A model generated the notes under the pieces. That model saw nothing but the letters and a program-made list of their open reading frames with translations, searched no databases and was not told the origin of the DNA. Source: an uncultured delta proteobacterium (lineage in GTDB: Bacteria; Desulfobacterota; Binatia; Binatales; Binataceae). Taken from it: 64,000 bases of DNA. Below, piece by piece: positions 37,074 through 46,733 of the stretch. Location: contig CAWILO010000004.1 in NCBI GenBank assembly GCA_963836955.1, forward strand, positions 152,916 to 216,915, written 5' to 3'. Each line of letters starts with the position of its first letter. Position 1 is the first letter of the stretch. Position numbers and translations under genes: made by a program.

Positions 37074-37915
37074 TCGTAATTACCTCGCCGGACGAGATGA
37101 CTCGCTACTCCGAGTGCGCTCGCCTGAGCCGCGAGCGAATCGCGCTGGTGCCCACGATGGGCTATCTGCACGACGGACATCTGACGCTGATGCGCGAAGG
37201 CCGGCGTCAATCGTCAACCTTAGTAGCGTCCATCTTCGTCAATCCCACCCAGTTCGGCCCCGGCGAGGACTTCGCGAGCTATCCGCGCAACTTCGAGCGC
37301 GACTGCGCGATGCTCGAGACGGTGTCGGTGGACGTGGTCTTCGCGCCCGAGCCGACTGCGATGTACTCGCCCGACGCGCAGAGCTGGGTCGACGCCGGCG
37401 ACATCACGAGCGGACTCTGCGGAGCGCATCGCCCGGGACATTTCCGCGGCGTCACGACGGTCGTCGCCAAGCTGTTCAATATCGTCAAACCGCATCTGGC
37501 GGTTTTCGGCGAGAAGGATTTTCAGCAGTTGCGCGCGATCCAGAAGATGGTCCGTGATCTGAACTTCGACGTTGAAATTATGCCGGTGCCGATCGTGCGC
37601 GAGAAAGACGGTCTCGCGATGAGTTCGCGCAACGCTTACCTGTCGCCAACGGAGCGTGAAGACGCACTCGCGCTGAGCCTCGCAATCCGCGCGGCCCGCG
37701 AGAAACATCGCGCGGACCCATGCTGCGCCGAAGAAATAGTGTTCGCCGCAAGCCGAGTGCTCAAGCGGATGAAAGGCATCGAGATCGAATACGTAGAAGC
37801 GGTGGACGCCGAAACGCTAGCGCGTCATCCGTCGCTCGACCGCCCAATCCTGATCGCAATCGCAGCCCGCGTCGGCAAGACGCGACTTATCGATAATGTA
37901 GTGCTCAACCCGTAG
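37070..37915 (+). CDS. panC: pantoate--beta-alanine ligase
   Basis: VPTMGYLHDGHLTLM HIGH-type motif. Start overlaps the panB stop (ATGA). Confidence 0.9.
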   Translation: MIVITSPDEMTRYSECARLSRERIALVPTMGYLHDGHLTLMREGRRQSSTLVASIFVNPTQFGPGEDFASYPRNFERDCAMLETVSVDVVFAPEPTAMYSPDAQSWVDAGDITSGLCGAHRPGHFRGVTTVVAKLFNIVKPHLAVFGEKDFQQLRAIQKMVRDLNFDVEIMPVPIVREKDGLAMSSRNAYLSPTEREDALALSLAIRAAREKHRADPCCAEEIVFAASRVLKRMKGIEIEYVEAVDAETLARHPSLDRPILIAIAARVGKTRLIDNVVLNP

Positions 37916-37935
37916 CCGAGACGTCCGATCCTAGC

Positions 37936-38112
37936 CTCTCCCTGATAGAGAGTTTTGCGTAACATCCGCGCAGGCGTTCGGAGCAGAGGCAGAATCCTAA
38001 ATCTCGCGCAGAATAGCGCGCTGTACAAGGACCCTCACCTTCATCCTCGCCCTAACAGGGCGAGGAGACAGACAGCCGAGCCGATTACGCAAAACGCTCC
38101 TGATAGAGAGAA
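37936..38112 (-). repeat. copy B of ~175-bp structured intergenic repeat (inverted relative to copy A)
   Basis: Ends carry TGATAGAGAG direct flanks and the 10-bp inverted repeat TTTTGCGTAA / TTACGCAAAA. Internal perfect hairpin CTCGCCC-TAACA-GGGCGAG. About 85% identical to copy A over ~150 bp. Confidence 0.6.
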
Positions 38113-38124
38113 GCCAGGAAAGAG

Positions 38125-38439
38125 CTAGGTCATCAGCAGAATCAAGAGGCCGCCGGTCACTATGAAGCCGCCGCCGAGCAGGATTCTGTCGTCGGGGACC
38201 TGCTTGAAGATAATCAGCGAAATCGTCTGCGACACTACGAAGAAGATCGCGATGTAGATTCCCATCAGGCGATTGAAATCGACGCCGCTTTGGTTGACCA
38301 GGATTCCGTAAGCGAACAGCGCGAACGCACCGGCTGCGAGCGAGTATCCGTAGCTGTGAAGTCCTATCCGGACGAGCGCATCGCCGCCGACCTCGAGCAG
38401 CGCGGCCAGCACCAGCACGGCGAGCGTCTTTAAGATCAA
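38125..38439 (-). CDS. small 4-TM membrane protein (SMR/EamA-like, ArnE/ArnF-like)
   Basis: 104 aa with four hydrophobic helices. Size and topology resemble the small multidrug resistance fold. Confidence 0.45.
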   Translation of the reverse strand: MILKTLAVLVLAALLEVGGDALVRIGLHSYGYSLAAGAFALFAYGILVNQSGVDFNRLMGIYIAIFFVVSQTISLIIFKQVPDDRILLGGGFIVTGGLLILLMT

Positions 38440-38458
38440 CGGCGGAGTCGCTTACGAC

Positions 38459-39790
38459 CTAATAGTAATCGACCGGATCGATCTGCCGCTTTGCGCCCCA
38501 GTAGAAGAGCATGTTCTCGGTCAGCCCCTGCCAGGTGAACTTACCCGGCGGCATCAGCAGCCGCTTGAACATCGACTTCAGCGAGTAGAACTCCTTCGTG
38601 CAACGCCACACGCCTTCCTCGACTTCCTGCGGCGACATATTCTTGGGCACGAACATGCAGCGGAAGTTGTTGGTATAGAGGTCGGCGTCGGGGATTATCA
38701 CGCGGCCCTCGTTCTCGAGTTGCGTGCGCATCGGCGTGCCGACGCGCGGCGTCACCGTGTTGAAGAAAGCCTCAGGCGCCTTGACCTCGTGCAGGAACTT
38801 CAGGGTGTCGTCGAAAATGCCCGGATGATCCTCTTCCAGCCCGAACAGGAAGTTGAGCGAGTAGTAAATCCCATATTTTTCGAGCTTCTTGAGCAGCTTC
38901 TTGTACTGCCCCGCGTGATTCTGAATCTTGTTCATCGACAGAAGGCTTTCCTGGCTGATCGATTCCACTCCGATATTGACGTGGAAAATTCCCGCCTTCG
39001 CCGCCAGCTCCAGCAAATCGTCGTCGTGATTCGAGTTGATCGTCCAGAGGCACGAGAAGCGGATGTTGAGCGGCTCCAGCGCCTTGAACAGCTCACGCGC
39101 AAACTTGTGCTTGCCGGTGATCTGATCGTCGATGAATTGAAAGCGCCTGAAGCCGGTAATCTTGACGACCTGTTTTATCTCCTCGACGATGTCCTCGATC
39201 GGGCGCGTCCGATACGCGCCGTCATAGAAGACCGGGATCTCGCAGAAGGAGCATCGATAAGGGCATCCGCGGCTCGCCTGCACCGGCACCGCCTTGAACA
39301 GGTAGCGATTGAGCTTGAGCAGCTCGTGGCGAGGGCGCGGCAGGTTCTTCAGGTCGTGCATCTTGTCGGCTTTGTAGATTTGCTTGAGCTTGCCGTCGCG
39401 CCAGTCCTGCAGCAGTTCGGGCCACACCAGGTCAGCCTCGCCCTGCACGACCGCATCGCAATGATGGAGAGCTTCTTCGGTCTGCAGCGTCGCATGGAAT
39501 CCGCCGAACACAACCGGGATACCGCGCTTGCGGAACTCGTCGCCGAGCTGGTACGCGCGCAGCGACGCGCCAATGGTGGTCGTCATGCCGACCAGGTCCC
39601 ATCCGCCGTCGAAATTGATTTCCTCGAGGCGCTCGTCACATAGCGTTACGTCGTAATCGTCCGGCGTCAGTCCTGCCATCAATGGAATCATCAGACCCAT
39701 GATCAGCCGCCAGCGCGTTTTATGCGGTGTGCCGTCGAGATGGACGGTGGTGGGTTGCACCAACAGGATACGTGGCTTCTTACCGTTCAT
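38459..39790 (-). CDS. B12-binding domain radical SAM protein (class B)
   Basis: N-terminal cobalamin-binding Rossmann-like region (ILLVQP...). Radical SAM cluster motif SRGCPYRCSFCE. 443 aa. Confidence 0.85.
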   Translation of the reverse strand: MNGKKPRILLVQPTTVHLDGTPHKTRWRLIMGLMIPLMAGLTPDDYDVTLCDERLEEINFDGGWDLVGMTTTIGASLRAYQLGDEFRKRGIPVVFGGFHATLQTEEALHHCDAVVQGEADLVWPELLQDWRDGKLKQIYKADKMHDLKNLPRPRHELLKLNRYLFKAVPVQASRGCPYRCSFCEIPVFYDGAYRTRPIEDIVEEIKQVVKITGFRRFQFIDDQITGKHKFARELFKALEPLNIRFSCLWTINSNHDDDLLELAAKAGIFHVNIGVESISQESLLSMNKIQNHAGQYKKLLKKLEKYGIYYSLNFLFGLEEDHPGIFDDTLKFLHEVKAPEAFFNTVTPRVGTPMRTQLENEGRVIIPDADLYTNNFRCMFVPKNMSPQEVEEGVWRCTKEFYSLKSMFKRLLMPPGKFTWQGLTENMLFYWGAKRQIDPVDYY

Positions 39791-39822
39791 ACTTCCTCCG
39801 CCTGCAGGCCTCGGTTCCCTTC

Positions 39823-41040
39823 CTACAGGCTTTCAGGTTCCATGGACGATTGGGTCCGGCCGGTAATCCAGATCAGGAGCAGCGCAAACACATAAGTACC
39901 GAACGCCGTCCCCCAAGCGAAGTACTCTAGCCGATTAATTAGAGCTAATACCACGAGTAAGTATGCGAAATCGCGGCCACTCCATCGATCGACCTTGTCC
40001 AGCCATGCGGCAGCCTGCGCGCCTTTCATTTTGAACGCCCGCCATGTGGCGTATGCACACATTGTGAATCCGCCGAGCAGGACAGGAATCAGGTACAGGT
40101 AGGCGCGGCTGTGATCGACCCGGTAGCATCCAACCAGCAGGCCGACGAACACTGCGGCGTGGACGATATTGTCAGTGAGCACGTCGAGCGCCCCACCGAA
40201 ATCGCTCTCGATCATTTTGAGCCGCGCGAGTTCGCCGTCGACGCCGTCGATCGTGATCGAGGTCAAAAAGAAAATCGCCGCGAACAGGCGCATCCAGTAG
40301 TTAGGCACAGCGAACATCCAGGCGCACGCCAGCCCGAATATCGTGTTGGCGACCGTGACCATGTTGGGTGTGACCCCGGTATGTGTGGCGAGCCAGTAGC
40401 TGATTCGCCACGAAATCCGCCGGTCGACCCATCGCGCCATCGGCGCATCTTTGTGCGCTGATTCCTCGCGAATTGTCTTCGCCAGCCGCAGTTCCGCTTC
40501 CTCGCGATCCTCGGGCCGTCCGTTCAGCGCGAAGGGCAGCAGGCTGGCGGAGGGCGCCGCAACGGTGGTCGAAATTCCCCCACGCTTGAGAATCTCGCCG
40601 ACGGGTCCGGTCGCGATTTCACCGCCACGGTCGCGATCGGTGCTGACGACCCGGTGTACTGACTGCGGGTTAGACGCGTGCGCGTCGAGGACCCGCGCCA
40701 GCTGCGATTTCGCGAATACCAGGTTCCCGGAGAAGGACACGCAAGGCGACGACGGGTCGATGCCTATTTCCTGCGCATTCCGATGATTCAGAATCTCACT
40801 GAACGATTCGACCATCGAAACCGTGTCGTAATTTTTGAACCGGCCCATCGCGCGAGCGACGTCCGGATATTGCTCGCGCGGCGCAGCCACGACAAACCGT
40901 TTGATCCCGGCGCGCTCGCAATTAATCATCAGCCGCTCTAACAGCGGGCGGCCGAAGACCGCATTATCCGCGCGGTCAGGTGCAGCGATTAGAGCAGTTT
41001 CAATCACCAACGTCTTCGTTAAACCTAGTCTTCCCCCCAA
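39823..41040 (-). CDS. fusion protein: N-terminal nucleotidyltransferase-like domain + C-terminal CDP-alcohol phosphatidyltransferase
   Basis: C-terminal half has a perfect CDP-OH transferase signature DGELAR-x8-G-x3-D-x3-D (DGELARLKMIESDFGGALDVLTD) in a multi-TM region. The N-terminal ~200 aa is a soluble NTP-transferase-like fold lacking a clean GxGxR motif. Confidence 0.75.
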   Translation of the reverse strand: MGGRLGLTKTLVIETALIAAPDRADNAVFGRPLLERLMINCERAGIKRFVVAAPREQYPDVARAMGRFKNYDTVSMVESFSEILNHRNAQEIGIDPSSPCVSFSGNLVFAKSQLARVLDAHASNPQSVHRVVSTDRDRGGEIATGPVGEILKRGGISTTVAAPSASLLPFALNGRPEDREEAELRLAKTIREESAHKDAPMARWVDRRISWRISYWLATHTGVTPNMVTVANTIFGLACAWMFAVPNYWMRLFAAIFFLTSITIDGVDGELARLKMIESDFGGALDVLTDNIVHAAVFVGLLVGCYRVDHSRAYLYLIPVLLGGFTMCAYATWRAFKMKGAQAAAWLDKVDRWSGRDFAYLLVVLALINRLEYFAWGTAFGTYVFALLLIWITGRTQSSMEPESL

Positions 41041-41285
41041 GCTCTCGTAGTCGGCGCCACGGTAACACAGCGGTAACGCCGATGGAAGTAGCCCTGCTAC
41101 TAGCTTCCAGCTCTAATTATGAGTTCGGCTTTCATCTGATGCCAGCCCTTGTCGAGTGGATCGTAAGGCGGAAAATCGGGTTCTCCAAGGTACATTGCCA
41201 AACAGCTCGCGCTATTTCCAATCGCCCACCTTAGTTGCAGCCGAAACTAGAGGATACCTATCGCGGCTGGTAAACTGACCATTTC

Positions 41286-42026
41286 ATGGGCACCATTACC
41301 GCCTTGCTATTCGATTTCGGCGGCACGCTCGACGGGCCGGCGCATTGGCTCGACCGTTTCCTCTTGAGCTACCGCGCTGCCGGGGTCGAAATATCACGCG
41401 CCGAACTCGACCCGGCGTTCGATCATGCGACCCGTATCGGCTACGGCGCGACGCGGGTCGTGGCGCGGTTCGGGATGACGGACCTGGTGCGATTCCTCGT
41501 CGGCCATCAATTCGAATATCTCCAAAAAAGCGGGCCGGAGGCGCTCCGCAAGGTACTCGAGGATTCCGGCGCCGCCGGACGCCATCGCTTCGTCGAAGAC
41601 GTGACAAAATCGTTCGTCCGTGAGACATCGGCTGGCCTGGCGCATAGCCGCGACGTCATCGGCTCTCTCAAGAGCCGCTTCAAGCTGGGAATCGTTTCGA
41701 ACTTTTATGGAAATCTGGACCGGATCCTCGAAGAGGCGAGGCTGGATCGATTCTTCGCGGCAGTTGCTGATTCATCGCGCGTCGGAATCTTCAAACCCGA
41801 GCTGGGCATCTTCGCAGCCGCTTTAAGAAAACTTAATTGTGCACCCGAATCGGCTGCGATGATTGGAGACTCTCTCGCGAAGGATTGCGTGCCCGCACAT
41901 GAGCTCGGGATGCGGACCGTTTGGCTGCGCACCGAGTCGCAACGCGGCGACGATGCTTCCGGGGCGCACGCCGCCGCCGATATCACGATCCGAACGATCG
42001 ACGAAGTTGCGCAAATTCAATGGTGA
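41286..42026 (+). CDS. HAD-superfamily hydrolase (subfamily IA-like phosphatase)
   Basis: LLFDFGGTL motif I at the N-terminus and downstream HAD motifs (GIVSN, GD). 246 aa. Confidence 0.8.
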   Translation: MGTITALLFDFGGTLDGPAHWLDRFLLSYRAAGVEISRAELDPAFDHATRIGYGATRVVARFGMTDLVRFLVGHQFEYLQKSGPEALRKVLEDSGAAGRHRFVEDVTKSFVRETSAGLAHSRDVIGSLKSRFKLGIVSNFYGNLDRILEEARLDRFFAAVADSSRVGIFKPELGIFAAALRKLNCAPESAAMIGDSLAKDCVPAHELGMRTVWLRTESQRGDDASGAHAAADITIRTIDEVAQIQW

Positions 42027-42751
42027 CGAGATTGCAAGGAGCAATTATTGCCGCGGGCCGTGGCGACCGGCTGCGCGTCTCGACGCGCGACGACATTCCC
42101 AAGCCGCTCGTCATGCTCGGCGGTGAGGCGATGCTCTCGCGGCAGGCGCGCGCACTGATCGACGCGGGCGCGTCGTCAGTTGTCGCGGTGATCAACTCCG
42201 AGACGGCGCGCGTCGCGAGTGAGAACCAAATTGCGCTCGAGGTTCCGTCGTCGGTCCGGCTCGTGGTTCGCGACACCGCCAACTCGATGGAAACGATGCT
42301 GGCGCTTGGTGACGAGTTAGCATCAGGATGGTTTATAGCGTCGACGGTCGACGCTGTAATTCCACAGGCGGAATTGGCGCGTTTTGTTAATGAGTCGCGA
42401 CGGAAAATCGAGGATTGTGGCGACAAAAAACTAGTCGGTGTGCTGGCTGTCACAAAATGGCGCGGTGAAGCCAAGCCGCTTTTCGCCGATGTAACAGAGA
42501 ACGGGTTGATCCTGCGCCTCGGCAACCGTCAGACTTCTATGGTGACGGCAGGACTCTATTTCCTGTCGACCCGAATTTTCGACTTCGCCGCCGACGCGCG
42601 CCGCGCGGGACTCGATGCGCTCCGACGCTTTCTTGGACTGATTATCGAACGCGGGATGCGGCTGGATGCGATCGAGGTCGAAGGATCAATTGATGTGGAT
42701 GAGGCGGAGGACCTCGACGCCGCGCGCCTCGCAACACGGAAGATGCCATGA
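42019..42751 (+). CDS. sugar/alcohol-phosphate nucleotidyltransferase (NTP_transferase fold)
   Basis: MVTRLQGAIIAAGRGDRLR...PKPL matches the G-x-G-x-R-L nucleotide-binding signature. Start overlaps the HAD stop by 8 nt. Confidence 0.7.
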
Positions 42752-43569
42752 GCTATAGAGCTTTGGGAATTTATCGGGAACCCGAGTTTTCACCGGGCAA
42801 GGTCGAGGCTGACGCCGCGATTCTCGACGCCACCTTGTCTGAACTCAAGCGCGAGGGTGTCGAGATCCAGACGATCGATGCGGTCAGTTTCGCAGTGGCT
42901 CTGCCCGTTCGCGCCGATCTCGTGCTGCCGATGTGCCAAGGGCCGCGCGCGCTCAAGCGGCTGGCTGAAATCGAGCAGGCGGGGGCTATAGCGATGAACT
43001 CCGCGCTCTCGATTCGCAATTGCTACCGCGATTTGCTCGCGCCCGGTCTCGAGCGCGCCGGAGTGCCCACACCGCCGGGCGTGCTGGTCGCGACAGACGT
43101 GCCGCTCGATACGCGCAAGCTTGCCGCGCTGGATTTATCGGCGGGTGTGTTCGTCAAGCGCGGCGACTTGCACGCACTCGCGCCTGAAGACGTTCAGCGG
43201 GCGGCCGATCGTGCGGAGATCGAGTCGATCCTCGCCGATTTCGCGCGCCGCGGAATCCGCTTCGCCTACATGCAGCAGGAAGTCGTTGGACGGGTCGTGA
43301 AATTTTACGGCGTCAGCGGCGGTACGCATTTCAGCGTGCATCCGGAGGACGAGGAAGTCGCCGAAGCCGCTGTGCGCGCGCTGTCGGAGGCGGCAACCGC
43401 TGCGGCCGGTGCGCTCGGCCTCGAGGCGTGGGGCGGAGACGCGGTCTTGAGTGGCGATCGTTTTGCGATTATCGATTTTAACGACTGGCCCAGTTACAGC
43501 CGGGTGCGCGGACCTGCCGCGCGTGCGATCGCACGCCGCGCGATGAGTCTGCTTGGCCGCCCGCGCTAG
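42748..43569 (+). CDS. ATP-grasp domain protein
   Basis: C-terminal GGDAVLSGDRFAIIDFNDWP resembles the ATP-grasp Mg/ATP site (E/D-x-N). 273 aa. Translationally coupled to neighbours. Confidence 0.55.
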   Translation: MSYRALGIYREPEFSPGKVEADAAILDATLSELKREGVEIQTIDAVSFAVALPVRADLVLPMCQGPRALKRLAEIEQAGAIAMNSALSIRNCYRDLLAPGLERAGVPTPPGVLVATDVPLDTRKLAALDLSAGVFVKRGDLHALAPEDVQRAADRAEIESILADFARRGIRFAYMQQEVVGRVVKFYGVSGGTHFSVHPEDEEVAEAAVRALSEAATAAAGALGLEAWGGDAVLSGDRFAIIDFNDWPSYSRVRGPAARAIARRAMSLLGRPR

Positions 43570-44977
43570 AATCGCGCCGGAAATTCAAATAAGGATTCGG
43601 ACCGCCAATCAATTGAAGACAACTACCAACGGAAAACTTCCGGCAATCAGGACCGCCGTTCCTGGACCCAAGTCGAAGGAGATCTTCGACCTCGAACAAA
43701 AATATATCGCCCCGGGCCGTCAGCGAATCTCGCTGCTCGCCGGCCTCGCGTTCGATCACGGCGAAGGCGCGACTCTTACCGACGCCGACGGCAACACTTA
43801 CGTAGATTTTTTCGCGGGCGTCGCAGTCGCAAGCCTCGGTCATGCGCATCCTGGCATGGCGCAGGCGCTGTCGAACCAGGCGTCGCGGCTGATGGTCGGC
43901 ACCTTCGCCACCAAAGAGCGCGCGGCCGCGTTCAAGGCGCTGGCTGAAGTCGCGCCCGCCGGCCTGACTCGGGCACATCTATATAGCGGCGGTGCGGAGG
44001 CAGTCGAAGCTGCCTTGCGGCTCGCGCGCTCTGCTACTGGAAAGCATGAGGCCGTGAGCTTCTGGGGCGGCTTCCACGGCAAGACCGGTGGCGTTCTAGG
44101 ACTGATCGGCGACGAATCGAAGCAAGGCTACGGACCGTTGCAGGGCGGACAGTACACAGTTCCATACGCGGACTGCTACCGATGCCCGTTCAAGTTGAAG
44201 TATCCCGACTGCGGGCTGTACTGCGTCGATTTCGCGCGCCAGCAAATCAAGATGAGCTCCAGCGGCGCGCTCGCTGCGATTGTCGCCGAGCCGATGCAAG
44301 GCACGGCCGGCAACGTGATCCCGCCCGACGACTGGCTGCCCGCGGTTAAATCCGTCGCCAAGGATTTCGGCGCGATGCTGATAGCCGACGAAATGATCAC
44401 CGGCTTCGGACGGACCGGAAAATGGTGGGGCGTCGAGCATAGCGGCGTCCGTCCCGATATCGTCACCGTCGGCAAGGGGATGGGCTCCGGATTTCCTGTT
44501 TCGGGGGTGCTGCTAAGCGACGAACTGGGCAAAGCGGAGCCGTTCTCGAAGCCGAGTGCGTCGTCGTCGAGCTACGGCGGAAATCCGCTGGCGGCGGTGG
44601 CGGTGGCGGAAACGATCGGCGCGATTCAGCGACAGCACCTGGTCGAAAACTCGCGCAAGGTCGGCGCAAGGATGCTGTCGAAGCTGACTCAGCTCAAAGA
44701 AAAATACGAGTTTATCGGCGACGTCCGCGGCAAAGGGTTGCTGATTGGCGTCGAGCTCGTACGCGATCTCGAAACCAAGGAACTGCTCGGCAAGAAAGTC
44801 ACCGAGCTGATCTTCGCCGAATGCCTCAAGCGCGGACTCGTCATCATGGGCTACTTCCCCAAGATTCGAATCAACCCCGCGCTGGTTATCACCGAAGCGC
44901 AGGCCGAGGCCGGCGTCGAGATAATGGACGAAGTGTTCGCGCATGTCCGCGACCACGTTGACTGGCAGCACGCGTAA
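43553..44977 (+). CDS. class III pyridoxal-phosphate-dependent aminotransferase
   Basis: Fold I AT-III blocks (YSGGAEAVEAALRLAR, ADEMITGFGRTGKWWG, VTVGKGMGSGFP with PLP-Lys). Start uncertain: TTG at 43553 or later. Confidence 0.85.
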   Translation: MAARARIAPEIQIRIRTANQLKTTTNGKLPAIRTAVPGPKSKEIFDLEQKYIAPGRQRISLLAGLAFDHGEGATLTDADGNTYVDFFAGVAVASLGHAHPGMAQALSNQASRLMVGTFATKERAAAFKALAEVAPAGLTRAHLYSGGAEAVEAALRLARSATGKHEAVSFWGGFHGKTGGVLGLIGDESKQGYGPLQGGQYTVPYADCYRCPFKLKYPDCGLYCVDFARQQIKMSSSGALAAIVAEPMQGTAGNVIPPDDWLPAVKSVAKDFGAMLIADEMITGFGRTGKWWGVEHSGVRPDIVTVGKGMGSGFPVSGVLLSDELGKAEPFSKPSASSSSYGGNPLAAVAVAETIGAIQRQHLVENSRKVGARMLSKLTQLKEKYEFIGDVRGKGLLIGVELVRDLETKELLGKKVTELIFAECLKRGLVIMGYFPKIRINPALVITEAQAEAGVEIMDEVFAHVRDHVDWQHA

Positions 44978-44992
44978 GCGAAATCTTTTTCG

Positions 44993-45469
44993 ATGGCCAA
45001 CCCGAACGGCAACGCGGCGCTGTTCTTCGATTTGGGCGGTACCCTCGTCAAACTCAACGACGAGCGCGAGATTCCGCTCGACGCAAACGGCAACATTGTA
45101 GTCGAACTGCTTCCGGGCGTGACGGAAAAGCTTCGCCCCCTGCATAACCATCTGATGTTCGTCGTGACCAACCAGGCGGGGATCACGCGCGGACGGCTGA
45201 CGGCGGAAAAAGTCGAGGCGGCTCTTCGGCAGCTCGACCATCAGCTCGGCGACATCCTCACCGCGTGGCAAGTCTGCCCGCATACCGACGACGACAAATG
45301 CGAATGCCGCAAACCCAAGGGCGGAATGATCGCAGAGCTAGCCGACCAGTACGGAGTGGACCTGGCATCGTCAACGATGGTCGGCGATCAGGAAGTCGAC
45401 AGGCTCGCAGGCGAAGCTGCAGGCGTCGCGAAGTTCGTCGCAGCCGAGGACTTCTTCGGCTGGAAGTAG
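44993..45469 (+). CDS. HAD-IIIA phosphatase, GmhB / histidinol-phosphatase-like
   Basis: FFDLGGTL motif I. Zinc-finger-like CPHTDDDKCECRKPK insert characteristic of GmhB-type D,D-heptose bisphosphate phosphatases. Confidence 0.75.
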   Translation: MANPNGNAALFFDLGGTLVKLNDEREIPLDANGNIVVELLPGVTEKLRPLHNHLMFVVTNQAGITRGRLTAEKVEAALRQLDHQLGDILTAWQVCPHTDDDKCECRKPKGGMIAELADQYGVDLASSTMVGDQEVDRLAGEAAGVAKFVAAEDFFGWK

Positions 45470-45480
45470 GGGACGGGTAG

Positions 45481-45690
45481 ATCACACTTAATGTGAAACC
45501 CGCGGTGGGTTTCACACTTCCTTGGGCAGGGGTGACCCCTGCACCCAATGACAAAAGAAAAGATGCGGGACTTCGTCCCTGTTAGAACTTTTTTGGGGCG
45601 GAGGCTTGGGTGAGGATCCGAAACTTACCTCGCCCGTTATTTTCACGAGAGAGGCGGCCGACCGCATCGCGGTCGGTAGGTGAGGGTTCC
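45481..45690 (+). other. cluster of strong hairpins / structured RNA candidate between gmhB-like and LLM genes
   Basis: Perfect 10-bp stem TGTGAAACCC-GCGG-GGGTTTCACA. Then GCAGGGG-TGA-CCCCTGC and GGGAC-TTC-GTCCC followed by a T6 tract. Then GGGTGAGG..CCTCGCCC..GGTGAGGG, which offers alternative pairings. Confidence 0.4.
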
Positions 45691-45806
45691 GAGGCTCCAG
45701 ATGCAAGTGTGCAACGTGCGTCGTCTTTTCGTTTCGTCCTTCCTTTGTCTGTCGTCTTTTTTTTGTGTCATTCTGAGCGCAGCGAATGAGCGAGGAGAAA
45801 ACAAAA

Positions 45807-46658
45807 ATGAAAATCGGATTGCTTACCCCCTTCACTGGCAAAAATGCGCATCCCGGAGAATTTGCTCGAGTCGCCGAGTCTCTCGGCTTCGAATCCATTT
45901 GGGTGCCCGAGCATCCCGCGATGCCCGCCAATCCCAAGCAGCAGTTTCCCACCGGCGGTCCGATTCCGCCCGCGTACTTCACGATGGCCGATCAGATGAT
46001 CGCGCTCGCGATGGCCGCCGCCACTACCAAGAATCTCAAACTCGCCACCGGCATCTGCCTCGTCCCGGAGCATGAGCCGCTCACTCTCGCCAAACAGTTC
46101 GCGACTCTGGACGCATACTCGGGCGGCCGTGTGCTGTTCGGGATTGGCGCGGGATGGTTGCGCGAGGAGAGCGATCTGTTCGGCGTCGATTTTCCCCATC
46201 GATGGACCGAGACTGCCGAGATAGTCTCCGCGATGCGCAAGCTGTGGACCGAGGACCAGGCATCGTTCGAGGGCAAGTACGTAAAGTTCCCGCCAGTGAA
46301 ATCGCTGCCGAAACCCGCGCAGAAATCGGGACCGCCCGTGCTGATCGGCAGCCTCGACAAGAACGCGCTCAAGCGCGTGGCGAAGTGGGCCGACGGATGG
46401 TGTCCTATCGCACTCAACGCCTCGCAGTTGAAGACGCGGGTCGATGAGCTCAAGCGCGAGTGCCAGGCGGTCGGCAGGAACTTCTCGGAATTGGACATCA
46501 CGATCATGGGCGGAATCCGCGGCGATCGCGCAACTGTGCAGGCCGGGCTCAAGGAATTTGCGGAAGCAGGAGCGGGTCGATTCGTCGCAGGGCTGGGAGA
46601 TCTAACGTTCGAGAGCTCAGAGGGAACGCTGAAGAAGATCGCCGCGCTGTACGTTTAG
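45807..46658 (+). CDS. LLM-class (luciferase-like) flavin/F420-dependent oxidoreductase
   Basis: GAGGAG SD 9 nt upstream of ATG (MKIGLLTPF...). Conserved TIM-barrel LLM blocks (ESIWVPEH, LGIGAGW). Confidence 0.8.
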   Translation: MKIGLLTPFTGKNAHPGEFARVAESLGFESIWVPEHPAMPANPKQQFPTGGPIPPAYFTMADQMIALAMAAATTKNLKLATGICLVPEHEPLTLAKQFATLDAYSGGRVLFGIGAGWLREESDLFGVDFPHRWTETAEIVSAMRKLWTEDQASFEGKYVKFPPVKSLPKPAQKSGPPVLIGSLDKNALKRVAKWADGWCPIALNASQLKTRVDELKRECQAVGRNFSELDITIMGGIRGDRATVQAGLKEFAEAGAGRFVAGLGDLTFESSEGTLKKIAALYV

Positions 46659-46665
46659 GGGAAAT

Positions 46666-46728
46666 CACCTCTCCCCTCGGGAGAGGTCGCGCCTCCGGCG
46701 CGGCCCCTCCCGATTGGAGAGGTGAAGA
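46666..46728. terminator. bidirectional hairpin cluster between convergent genes
   Basis: ACCTCTCC-CCTCG-GGAGAGGT, then CGCGCC-TCC-GGCGCG, with an outer CACCTCTCC...GGAGAGGTG repeat. GC-rich with no clear U-tract. Confidence 0.35.
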
Positions 46729-46733
46729 GTTTC

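Noticed and set aside
38459-39790. Calling the B12-binding radical SAM protein HpnJ, HpnP or HpnR
   Set aside because: The architecture fits class-B rSAM generally. I cannot support a specific hopanoid-tailoring identity from sequence inspection, so it is left as a hypothesis in the findings.
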